DNA of 63,985 nt, counting the filler, from Octopus bimaculoides (lineage: Eukaryota): the NCBI RefSeq assembly GCF_001194135.2. It is 9 parts of 8 records of this genome, joined end to end, with 100 filler letters (N's around TTAATTAATTAA, not from the genome) between each part and the next. Parts side by side here need not be neighbours in the genome. Positions count along the whole stretch, not along the records: positions 49,801 to 55,050 come from NC_068992.1; positions 55,151 to 58,018 come from NC_069001.1; positions 58,119 to 60,926 come from NC_068989.1; positions 61,027 to 62,547 come from NW_026307601.1; 5 more parts are not named here. The stretch is one strand, 5' to 3'. Numbering within the stretch: position 1 is the stretch's first letter; each line of letters opens with the position of its first letter. Shown here piece by piece: positions 50,046-61,627 of this stretch. The notes beneath the pieces are model-generated. The model saw only the letters and a list, made by a program, of their open reading frames with translations. It was not told where the DNA came from and made no database searches. A program made the translations under genes and the position numbers.

Positions 50046-51227
50046 TGCTATATCTAACAATACTGGTGCTGATTAGCGTCCTTAATCACCTTAGTGACGT
50101 ATATATTTCTACCTTTCAGTTGTAAAGCTGCGAATAAGCCATCCTTATTATTCGCGTGCACATACACACACGCTCACACACACACATACACACATATATA
50201 AGTATATGTATAAGCAAAACGTAAAAGAAGAAATGAAAGATGATAAAACAACAAACGTCAATTAAATGTACGCAGTGAATATATGAAATTGATGTTCGCT
50301 CACTGAGAGATTCATATGGGAACATAAGAATGATGTTTCGAGCATATGTCTTCGTCGGAAAGAGGAAAAAATCCAGATAGGACGAGAAGGAGGAAGAACA
50401 TAACCCAAGAAAAGCACGTGTGTCGTTAGATAACAACACACACACACGCACACACACACACACACATACCACTTTTTGCCTGTGCATATATTTATATTGG
50501 AAATATATAAAGAGATGCATGGCGTTGAATCATAGAGGCATTGACACACATTTTCATGAATCTATAGCTATCTGCTGTAGTATCAGGGCATTTTATATTT
50601 GAGTTAATTACCTGGTATTGATATATGGAGACAAAACAAACTTTCTAGATTTCCTATAATACCAGGAGATCTATGTTTCTTTAGAAATACACCTTCAGGA
50701 TAAATGTTATTTCATTTATAATAAAAAAGATTCTTTCTCAAAATTTTCATTTTCAAAATTATTTTTTAGCATAAAAATACAAACACATATATTTCTATGG
50801 AATGTTGTTGGAATCATTAACAGACTTGTAGCTCTCTGATAGATAATTAATAAAGTATACGTAAATTTACCTGTTATGATGACGTCTATAATATTCGTTT
50901 TCCATATATTTTGCCTGTGTGGGTTGGGTTGGGTTGTGGTGGAGTTAGTAAAGACATACTGCTTCCTATCCTTGAAAGAATCGACTTCAACACACGCCGA
51001 TAAGAACGAACTGGCAGAAATACTCAAGCTGTTCATTTCTGAATGATACAGACCTGAGATCGTCTACGCCACAGTGAATGTGTGTAAAGCGCTCTCATTT
51101 GCTCCAGCGCTATCGAACCCTTGTACTGACATTTAGATTTTATCAGCACAGTTTATTGTAGCACAAGTATCAGAACCATGCTTCCGCACCTATATACGCT
51201 CGTTTTTTTTTTTCTTTTCTACTCAGA

Positions 51228-51432
51228 CACAAGGCCCGAAAATTTGGGGGAGAGTGGGGTTAATCGATTAGATTGACACCCTCCCTAGGATGCAATTGGT
51301 ACTTAATTTATCGACCCTGAAAGGATGAAAGGCAAAGTCGACCTCGATGAAATTTGAACTCAGAACGTAAAGGCAGACGAAGTAACACTTAACATTTCGC
51401 CCGCGTGCTAACGTTTCTGCCAGCTCACCGCC
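51228..51432 (-). mobile_element. SINE family A
   Basis: Reverse-complement core and head. Confidence 0.85.
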
Positions 51433-52204
51433 TTTATAATTATTTTTTTGTACTCAAGGCACCTCAACTCAAATATTCCCAAAACGTCTTGAAAGATATT
51501 GTAGATATAGATGCGTTGAAAGATATTTTTCTCAAAGATAACAAATGAACCATCATCGGGTCAAGAATCACAGACAAGAGCAACAATGTACAAATCGCGG
51601 TTTTACCCAAGAAAGTTCTGGAGAGACTGTGAGGCTGTTAGTGTGAAATAAAACCCAATCTGTCTAGAGATGGTGCTCCAACATCCGGGGCTCAAATCAT
51701 TAAGTCTCAAAGTAAAAGTACAGTATAGTTGCATATATGCATATACATACACACACACACACACACACACACATACACACACACACACACACACATATNN
51801 NNNNNNNNTGAGCATATTCATGTATGTTGCCACCCCCCCCATAGACCGTCACTCCCACGACTAAAACCCCATAAATTCATTAATCATAAGCATAAAATGC
51901 TATAAACTTTGTAACCCATTAGCTTCATCCAAGCACATAAGTAACTCGGTAACTCTCTAGCAACACATAAATATCCTGTCTATTCCCCACTTTTTGAACT
52001 CTACAGAAAATAAAATTTAAACAAATTTCGCAACTTTATTTTATGCAGGTATTCGCACATACATTGATGGTAACGCTGCCCACTAATCCATTAATATAGA
52101 GAAAGGATGTTATGCATCTATGAAGATTTAGTGATACAGTTTGATTATCTAATTTGCATTATATATACAGAGTAATTACATTAACAAATTGATATTATAC
52201 GAAT

Positions 52205-52434
52205 AGGGACAACTCACTACCACCAACTTAACACTGCCAATTCATCGCCAGGACAACTCAACACTAAGACAACCGAACATTAAGACAACTGAACACCAGG
52301 AAAATTGATTAATAAATAATTTATTCGTTTTAGAACATTATGAGAAATTTATAAAAATATTAATCTTAATATATGGATTAAATAAAAAAAAAACTTTAAA
52401 AATTCGAATAAAAGTAATTTATAAAGAATACAAT

Positions 52435-52488
<54 letters not shown>

Positions 52489-53245
52489 TGTGTGTGTGTG
52501 CGTGTGTATGCGCGCGTTCCGGAACAATGGTTTGTTTGCTTCACGATCGGCGCAAGCTTCATCAATTTAGCAGTTTGCTTCAGTAGTTTATAGGTCATAA
52601 CGGCCTATTTAGCCTGTGTCGAAGGTATTTTAGATTTCTCTAAAACATTCAAAGAAGGAATACCAAGAATTCATATTTTCTACCGATGTTGGCACTCACA
52701 GCTCTTGAGATCGGCATTAAGATGTAGAAATCTTGAAAGACAGATTCATGAATATATATTTAGACATTTCCTTGTCACCCAAAATGGAAATTCTAAGGCA
52801 AACAGAGCTGTGAATGGAGTATACCACAATATGGAGATTCATAAATGGACTACATAAGCTGCAAAGAAACGGCGATGCATTTTTTTAGCAACTGATTGGC
52901 GGTCATCCCCCTCCTGCTAAGCTGAAGAAGTATGTGAAGACAGAGGATAGAATTCTGCATATTGTTTCATCTTTTTCAGAACGATCGCCTACAGAATATT
53001 TGAGGGGAACTGCATACAACTTTCAGTAAATTTCTAATTTAAATTTTAGCCTTTTATTAAAAATGAACAGTATATCAATTACATTAATTCGAATTTTAAA
53101 ATTTATGCCATGTATTAAATTAATCTTTTATAAATGCCTGATAATATTATAAAACGAACGAAATAATTCATTAACTAATTTTCCTGGTGTTGAGTTATCC
53201 TGGCGTTGAGTCGACAGTGCTGAGTAGCCGGTGTTAAGTTGCCCT
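52205..53245 (+). mobile_element. MULE (Mutator-like) deletion derivative with ~200-bp TIRs
   Basis: TIRs carry caactcaacacc subrepeats and caccaggaaaatt / aattttcctggtg. The interior encodes TIWRFINGLHKLQ...GHPPPAKLKKY...ILHIV...EYLRG.AYNF*, a MULE transposase C-terminus. Confidence 0.8.
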
Positions 53246-54552
53246 GCACCTGAAAATATATATCCAGTTATCCCACTTTGTTAATGAAAACTGTGTAAGA
53301 TAGTTTAACTGAACAATCCACTCTGTCAATTATATTCTCTAAACACTCATTTGTTTAGAAAGCTTTCCCGATTCTAACCAAATATTGCGCGTACCATAAT
53401 GAGTATCATTTTCAAGGCTGATTCATCTCTCTTCATTTATACAGCTATAGATAGGAAAAATTAAATAATGGATATTCACCGTACAATTTAAATTTTACAA
53501 TACAGTATAAGAATATCCATACATACGTGAGAGTGAATTTATGCATATATATATATATATATATATAGTCGTTTATTTTTCCGTGATAGAAAATTCAACA
53601 AATAATACTCCATCTTTTGAGAGATAAATATTCGNNNNNNNNNNNNNNNNNNNNNNNNNNNNNNNNNNNNNNNNNNNNNNNNNNNNNNNNNNNNNNNNNN
53701 NNNNNNNNNNNNNNNNNNNNNNNNNNNNNNNNNNNNNNNNNNNNNNNNNNNNNNNNNNNNNNNNNNNNNNNNNNNNNNNNNNNNNNNNNNNNNNNNNNNN
53801 NNNNNNNNNNNNNNNNNNNNNNNNNNNNNNNNNNNNNNNNNNNNNNNNNNNNNNNNNNNNNNNNNNNNNNNNNNNNNNNNNNNNNNNNNNNNNNNNNNNN
53901 NNNNNNNNNNNNNNNNNNNNNNNNNNNNNNNNNNNNNNNNNNNNNNNNNNNNNNNNNNNNNNNNNNNNNNNNNNNNNNNNNNNNNNNNNNNNNNNNNNNN
54001 NNNNNNNNNNNNNNNNNNNNNNNNNNNNNNNNNNNNNNNNNNNNNNNNNNNNNNNNNNNNNNNNNNNNNNNNNNNNNNNNNNNNNNNNNNNNNNNNNNNN
54101 NNNNNNNNNNNNNNNNNNNNNNNNNNNNNNNNNNNNNNNNNNNNNNNNNNNNNNNNNNNNNNNNNNNNNNNNNNNNNNNNNNNNNNNNNNNNNNNNNNNN
54201 NNNNNNNNNNNNNNNNNNNNNNNNNNNNNNNNNNNNNNNNNNNNNNNNNNNNNNNNNNNNNNNNNNNNNNNNNNNNNNNNNNNNNNNNNNNNNNNNNNNN
54301 NNNNNNNNNNNNNNNNNNNNNNNNNNNNNNNNNNNNNNNNNNNNNNNNNNNNNNNNNNNNNNNNNNNNNNNNNNNNNNNNNNNNNNNNNNNNNNNNNNNN
54401 NNNNNNNNNNNNNNNNNNNNNNNNNNNNNNNNNNNNNNNNNNNNNNNNNNNNNNNNNNNNNNNNNNNNNNNNNNNNNNNNNNNNNNNNNATATGTATGTA
54501 TATATATATATATATATATATATTCATACATATATATGTATTTATATATGTA

Positions 54553-54586
<34 letters not shown>

Positions 54587-55150
54587 CGTATATTGTTTCT
54601 CATGTTCGGAATTCTACCTGCTTAATATATCCATCCGTGGTGAGTTAATTTATTGCATACTATCTTATATTAATTTATTATATAGTACGTTTGTCTTGTA
54701 TCAAAGCAAATATGACAGCGGATGCCTTCTCCTCTGTTCAATGCTTGTGGCTATATCATTGCTTATTATTTATGAGATGCGGGCGAAGTAAAAGACAGCT
54801 TAACAGCCAAACTCAATAACGAACCAAAGATATATCTATTTGTAAGGAACTAGCATTCAACATCAATGGCTGGAAACTGTACTTTTTTCCTTTCCATCGA
54901 TAAATCTTTTTATTCATTATGTAACAGCAGTAAGTCATATATCAATAAATCACACGCAAACGAAAACATTATTTCCTATTGTATATGCGTGTGTCGCGAT
55001 TTAAATATATATTTGTGTGAGCGTTAGGCAGCGTGTCTGTGTACTATATANNNNNNNNNNNNNNNNNNNNNNNNNNNNNNNNNNNNNNNNNNNNTTAATT
55101 AATTAANNNNNNNNNNNNNNNNNNNNNNNNNNNNNNNNNNNNNNNNNNNN

Positions 55151-55842
55151 GAAGGAACGAGCGAGCGAAAGATTGAAAGAACGAACGTACGTACGTAAAA
55201 AAATACGAACGAACAAACGAACGAACAAACTAACGAACGAACTAACAAACGAACGTACGCACGAACGTACGTGCGAACGAACGATCGAACGATCGAACGT
55301 ACGTAAGTTCGAACGAATGAACGAAAGAACGTACGAAAGAACGTACGAGAGAACGAGCGAACGAACGAACAAATTAATGAAAGTGCGCACGTACGTACGA
55401 ACGAACGAACGTACGAAAGAATGAACGAACGATTGAACGAAAAAATGTACGTGCGTACGAAAGAACGAACAAACGTACGTACGTACGTGCAAAGGAAAGA
55501 ATCAACAAACGAACGAACGAACGAATTATTGTACGTACGTACGGAAGAACGAAACAAACAAACAAACGAACGAACGAACGAACGTACTATGTTCCTACGT
55601 ACATATATATGAACGAACGAACGAACGAACGAACGTACGTTCGAACGAACGTATGTCAGAAGGAACGATTGTACGGATGGACGAACGAACGAATGAAACG
55701 AACGAACGAACGAACGTACGAACGACTTAATGAACGAACTTACGTACGTACGTACGAAAGAACTAACGAACGAGGCTACGAACGAACGTCCGTAGGTATT
55801 TACGGATTTATGTACGTAAGTACGTATGTAAGGACGAACGAA
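55151..55842. repeat. Degenerate (AACG)n/(TACG)n tetranucleotide satellite
   Basis: Direct inspection; unusually CpG-rich for this window. Confidence 0.95.
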
Positions 55843-55942
55843 NNNNNNNNNNNNNNNNNNNNNNNNNNNNNNNNNNNNNNNNNNNNNNNNNNNNNNNNNN
55901 NNNNNNNNNNNNNNNNNNNNNNNNNNNNNNNNNNNNNNNNNN

Positions 55943-58018
55943 CGTTCCCGAAGACGCAAATACGTTCCCAAAGTCGCAAAAACGTTCCCGAAAATGCAAG
56001 AACGTTCCTGAAGAGGCACGAACGTTCCCGAAGACGGAAAAAGGTTCCAGAAGACGCAAGAACGTTCCCGAAGACGCAAAAACTTTCCCAAAGTCGCAAA
56101 AACGTTCCCAAATAACCAAAAACTTTCCCGAAGATGCAAAGACGTCCCCGACGGCGCAAAAACGTTCCCAAAGGCGCAAAAACATTCCCGAAGACGGAAA
56201 AACGTTCCCTAAGACGCAAAAACGTCCCCGAAGACGCAAATACGTTCCCGAAGACGCAAATACGTTCCCTAAGATTCAAGAACGTTCCCGAAGACGCAAA
56301 AACGGTCCCGAAGACGCAAAAACCTTCCCAAACAGGCAAAAACCTTCCCGAAGTCGCAAAAACGTTCCCGAAGGTGCAAGAACGTTCCCGAAGACGCACA
56401 AACGTTCCCGAAGACGCAAAATCGTCCCCAAAGACGCAAAAACGTTCCCGATTACGCAAAAACGTTCCCAAAGGTGCAAGAACTTTCCCGAAGACGGACG
56501 AACGTTCCCAAAGACGCAAAAACGTTCCCGATTACGCAAAAACGTTCCCAAAGGTGTAAGAACTTTCCCGAAGACGCACGAACGTTCCCAAAGTCGCAAA
56601 AACGTTCCCGAAGACGCAAAAACATTCCCGAAGACGCAAATACGTTCCCGTAGACGGAAAAACGTCTCCGACAACATAAAAACGTTCCCAAACGCGCAAA
56701 AACATTCCCGAAGACAGAAAAACGTTCCCTAAGGCGCAAAAACTTTCCCTAAGTAGCAAAAACGTTCCCGAATACGTAAAAACGTCCCCGAAGACGCAAA
56801 AACATTCCCGAAGACGTATTAACCTTCCCTAAAACGTCTCCGAAGACGCAAAAACGTCCCCGAAGACCCAAATACGTTCCCGAAGACGCAAATACGTTCC
56901 CAAAGTCGCAAAAACGTTCCCGAATATGCAAGAACTTTCCCTAAAAAGCAAAAACGTTCCCGAATACGTAAAACCGTATCCGAAGATGCAAAAACGTTCC
57001 CGAAGTCTCAAAAATGTTTCCAAAGACGCCAAAACATTCCCAAAGGGGCAAAAACCTTCCGAAAAGCGCAAACACATTCCCGAAGACAGAAAAACGTTCC
57101 CGAAGTCTCAAAAATTTTCCCGAAGACCCAAATACGTTCCCTAAGACGCAAAAACGTTCACAAAGGCGCAAAAACATTCCCGAAGACGGAAAAACCTTCC
57201 CTAAAACGCAAAAACGTCCCCGTTGACCCAAATACGTTCCCGAAGACGCAAATACGTTCCCTAAGAGGCAAACACGTTCACAAAGGCGCAAATACATTCC
57301 CGAAGACGGAAAAACGTTCCCTAAAACGCAAAAACGTCCTCGTTGACCCAAATACGTTCACGAAGACGCAAATACGTTCCCAAACACGCAAAAACCTTCC
57401 CGAAGACACAAATACGTTCCCGATTACGCAAAAACTTTCCCGAAGGTGCAAGAACGTTCCTGAAGACGCACGAACGTTCCCGAAGACGGAAAAAGGTTCC
57501 AGAAGACGCAAGAACGTTCCCGAAGTCGGAAGAAGATTCCAGAATAGGCAAGAACGTTCCAGAAGACGCAAAAACTTTCCCAAAGTCGAAAAACGTTCCC
57601 AAATAAGCATAAACGTTCCCGAAGACGGAAAAACGTCCCCGACGACGCAAATATGTTCCCAAAGGCGCAAAAACATTCCCGAAGGCGGGAAAACGTTCCC
57701 TAAGACGCAAAAACGTCCCCAAAGATGCAAATACGTTCCCGAAGTCGAGAAAACTTTCCCTAAGAAGCAAAAACGTTCCCGAATACGTAAAAACGTTCTC
57801 GAAGATGCAAAAACGATCCGGAAGTCTCAAAAACGTTCCCAAAGACGCACAAATGTTCCCGAAGACGCAAAGACCTTCCCAAACACCCAAAAACGTTCTC
57901 GATTACGCAAAAACGTTCCCGAAGTTGCAAGAACGTTCCCGAAGACGCAAGAACGTTCCTGAAGACGTACGAACGTTCCCGAAGTCGGGAAAATGTTCCA
58001 GAAGACGCAAGAACGTTC
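55943..58018. repeat. 20-bp minisatellite (consensus CGTTCCCGAAGACGCAAAAA), about 100 copies, with higher-order blocks
   Basis: 20-nt register visible throughout; 80-bp tandem duplication at 56441-56600; similar variant order near 56000-56110 and 57450-57600. Confidence 0.95.
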
Positions 58019-59300
58019 NNNNNNNNNNNNNNNNNNNNNNNNNNNNNNNNNNNNNNNNNNNNTTAATTAATTAANNNNNNNNNNNNNNNNNNNNNNNNNN
58101 NNNNNNNNNNNNNNNNNNTATATATATATATTTATTTATCAAACTGTTGTTTTGATCCATACATGTAACTCCCAATAAATATGCTGAATGGCCTTCTTTC
58201 ATTTGTCCGCTCAGTAGTGTGTGTGTGTGTGAGTGTGCGCGCGCGTGTAACAAAGAAAGAACCGGTCATCTTGTTGCTCACGCGACTGTTTAATGATGCA
58301 GGAAAAAATGTAATGAATAGGCTTTGTTACTTGTTGTTGTTAAGATCAGGGAAGCATGAAATATAAATTAGTTGTTTGATCACTTTACAAGTGGAAGAAA
58401 GTAAAGGAAAAATATACAGAATGCTATTCCCAGCCGATACTACTTCCGTCGCTAATAATGAATTTTTACCCAGCACGCCAGTTATTTGCGACACCAGTAA
58501 TTTCTTAATCACCATTTTTCTATGTATCAGTAGAGGTTAAATTTGTCTAGGCATGCAACTGTGAGTAGATACTTGTTACTGATGACACGCAAAGACACAG
58601 AAATCCGGATTTAGTTAACTCCACAACCGCTGTTGGACACATTTCGTCTGCCATATATACGCTTCTATGCACTTCAGTACTATACGTCTATACAAGAAGC
58701 TTTCACGCAGTTTTGTGGTTTTCTTTATTATATCCACGTCTAGTAAAGTATAGAGAATGCTATTTATTCATAGTTTTGTTTATTGATTTTCCGTTTTGAA
58801 TGTCGGAGATTCCGATTGTGCAAAAAGTTTTTTTTTTCAAGGGTGCTATTTTGGCGTGTGATCTACAACTTAAAGGGCGACTACTTTAGGTTACTTTTTA
58901 GTTTACTTCTCAATTTCTAAAAAGTCTTAAACATGTTGGCTACAGATTTTTAACAATAAATTCTTTTGTACATACTGAGCATTGTAAATGTCTTTTTTCA
59001 AAATTCTCACTATTTTAATAATAAAACCATGTCTAATTTATCGAGTTGCATCCATCCATCCATCTTTAGTAAATAATGATAAGAAACCAAGAATAAACAA
59101 TATAATTATTAGAATAAGCGCATAGATCACTCAAGTTTGGCAGCCCCGAGTTTTGCAACGCAAAGAAACAAAAAAGTAATTTAAAGTAATCGCCCTTGAA
59201 GTTGTAGACCACACGCCAAAATAGCACCAAAAAAAGAATGAAAATGAAAAAATCAAACGTGCAATCGTGTTCTCCGCTATTCTAAACGTTGTTGTTGTTG

Positions 59301-59678
59301 TTGGCACTCCGTCGCTTACGACGTCGAGGGTTCCAGTTGATCCGATCAATGGAACAGCCTGCTCGTGAAATTAACGTGCAAGTAGCTGAGCACTCCACAG
59401 ACACGTGTACCCTTAACGTAGTTCTCGGGGATATTCAGCGTGACACAGTGTGACAAGGCTGACCCTTTGAATTACAGGTACAACAGAAACAAGAAGTAAG
59501 AGTGAGAGAAAGTTGTGGTGGAAGAGTACAGCAGGGTTCGCCACCATCCCCTGCCGGAGCCTTGTGGAGCTTTAGGTGTTTTCGCTCAATAAACATTCAC
59601 AATGCTCGGTCTGGGAATCGAAACCACGATCCTATGGCCGCGAGTCCGCTGCCCTAACCACTGGGCCATTGCGCCTCC
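59301..59678 (-). mobile_element. Full-length SINE family C
   Basis: Colinear with 41895-42275. Confidence 0.85.
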
Positions 59679-59964
59679 TATTCTAAACATAGGAACCCAA
59701 AAATTGTTTTAAAAACAACATCAAAAATAGAGGTGGGGTGCACGATTTACTTATTTTGAAGCATTTACTTATTCGTTTTGATGATTAAAAAGAGCCAAGG
59801 TAGATCTTTTACATTCCCCATTTAGCACTAATCTGAATTACGCCGCTCTTACTCTCCTTTAACGTCAATTGTCTTCAATAATCTTCTGTGATTGTATTTT
59901 ACCTTATAAAAGTTTTTACGTTTTTTGATGAATAAAAATTATGGAAACTGAATTTGCTTGATAT

Positions 59965-60238
59965 AAGCGTAGGAGTGGCTGTGTGGTAAGTAGCTTGCTT
60001 ACCAACCACATGGTTCCGGGTTCAGTCCCACTGCGTGGCACCTTGGGCAAGTGTCTTCTACTATAGCCTCGGGCCGACAAAAGCCTTGTGAGTGGATTTG
60101 GTAGACGGAAACGGAAAGAAGCCCGTCGTATATATGTATATATATATATATNNNNNNNNNNACTATAGCCTCGGGCCGACAAAAGCCTTGTGAGTGGATT
60201 TGGTAGACGGAAACGGAAAGAAGCCCGTCGTATATATG

Positions 60239-60269
<31 letters not shown>

Positions 60270-60470
60270 ATGTTTGTGTGTCTGTGTTTGTCCCCCCAAC
60301 ATCGCTTGACAACCGATACTGGTGTGTTTATGTTCCCGTAACTTAGCGGTTCGGCACAAGACAACGATAGAATAAGTACTAGGCTTCCAAAGAATAAGTC
60401 CTGAGGTCGATTTGCTCGACTAAAGGCGGTGCTCCAGCATGGCCGCAGTCAAATGACTGAAACAAGTAAA
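59965..60470 (+). mobile_element. Full-length SINE family B
   Basis: gcgtaggagtggctgtgtggtaag head, ggttcagtccc B-box-like motif, internal (TA)n, tail aaatgactgaaacaagtaaaa. Confidence 0.85.
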
Positions 60471-61113
60471 ATAGTATACATTACTTATATCTTCATAGCT
60501 TGTCGGGTAATGAAATTATCGAGAGCACCAGTGTTGAGCATTGCTTAGGGCATCAGTTAGCCTTAATCTGTCCCTTGTCTGTATATAGGAATATGACTAT
60601 CTATCTATCTAGCTAGCTATATGTACATAACGCACGTGTGTGTGTGAGGGGGGGGCGTGTGTATATTCGTGTGTTATGTCAGTCTTAGTTCGTAATTTTG
60701 TTTTCTTTTAATTTTGTGACATGAACCGTGCAGTGCATCTTAGCTTATTCCGCCGACACCCAGTCTCAAAACTTGAATACCTGTTACACCTCACAGCCAC
60801 CACAGCCGCCGCCGCCGCTACCACCACCACAACCACCACTACCACCACCACTACCACCACCACCACCTCTCCTCCTCCTCCTACTACTACTCCGTTACGT
60901 CGCATCACACCATGTCTCTTCACAGTNNNNNNNNNNNNNNNNNNNNNNNNNNNNNNNNNNNNNNNNNNNNTTAATTAATTAANNNNNNNNNNNNNNNNNN
61001 NNNNNNNNNNNNNNNNNNNNNNNNNNGACAAAGTGATTGCAAGACAAACTTCTTAACCATACAACCATATCGAGTACAAAAAAAGAGAAGAAAGTATGTA
61101 AATAAAAGATTAA

Positions 61114-61185
61114 AGGTCTTACCGAGATTTGAACTCAGATCGCTGGATTCAAAGTCCAGAGTGCTAACCATTACACCATAAGACC
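61114..61185 (-). tRNA. tRNA-Gln(TTG)
   Basis: GGTCTTATGGTGTAATGGTTAGCACTCTGGACTTTGAATCCAGCGATCTGAGTTCAAATCTCGGTAAGACCT: 72 nt, all stems pair, anticodon TTG, T-run downstream. Confidence 0.85.
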
Positions 61186-61212
61186 CGTTCTTATGGTGTA
61201 CCACTGTGTATG

Positions 61213-61277
<65 letters not shown>

Positions 61278-61555
61278 GTGTGTGTGTGTGTGTGTATATA
61301 TTGTAAAAACTTTATTGTAATAAACTTTATTATGACCTTTTAGCTCTTATTTAAATTGATATGCATACAAAATTTTACGATTAACAACCTTATATGTGAG
61401 AACTTTGGTACGTTGATAACAGATACAATATTTGTACCAAATTTTGGTATAGGTCTATAAATACAAATATATATATATATACATATACACATATATATAT
61501 ATATATGTATGTATATTTATACATATACATATACAGTGGTTCCTGTACAAGAACG

Positions 61556-61627
61556 GGTCTTATGGTGTAATGGTTAGCATTCTGAACTTTGAATCCAGCG
61601 ATATGAGTTCAAATCTCTGTAAGACTT
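61556..61627 (+). pseudogene. tRNA-Gln(TTG) pseudogene (inverted duplicate)
   Basis: Same sequence with mispairs in the anticodon stem (CTGAA/TCCAG) and T stem (ATGAG/CTCTG). Confidence 0.75.

Noticed and set aside
55099-57890. Many long ORFs in the satellites, and a superficial CRISPR resemblance
   Set aside because: A 20-bp stop-free unit cycles through three frames. Units are contiguous with no unique spacers and no cas genes, in a eukaryotic context.
60061-60250. Exact ~90-bp tandem duplication in SINE B (similar cases at 23500-23590 and 30090-30150)
   Set aside because: The copies flank 10-N gaps, so this is most likely contig-overlap artefact.
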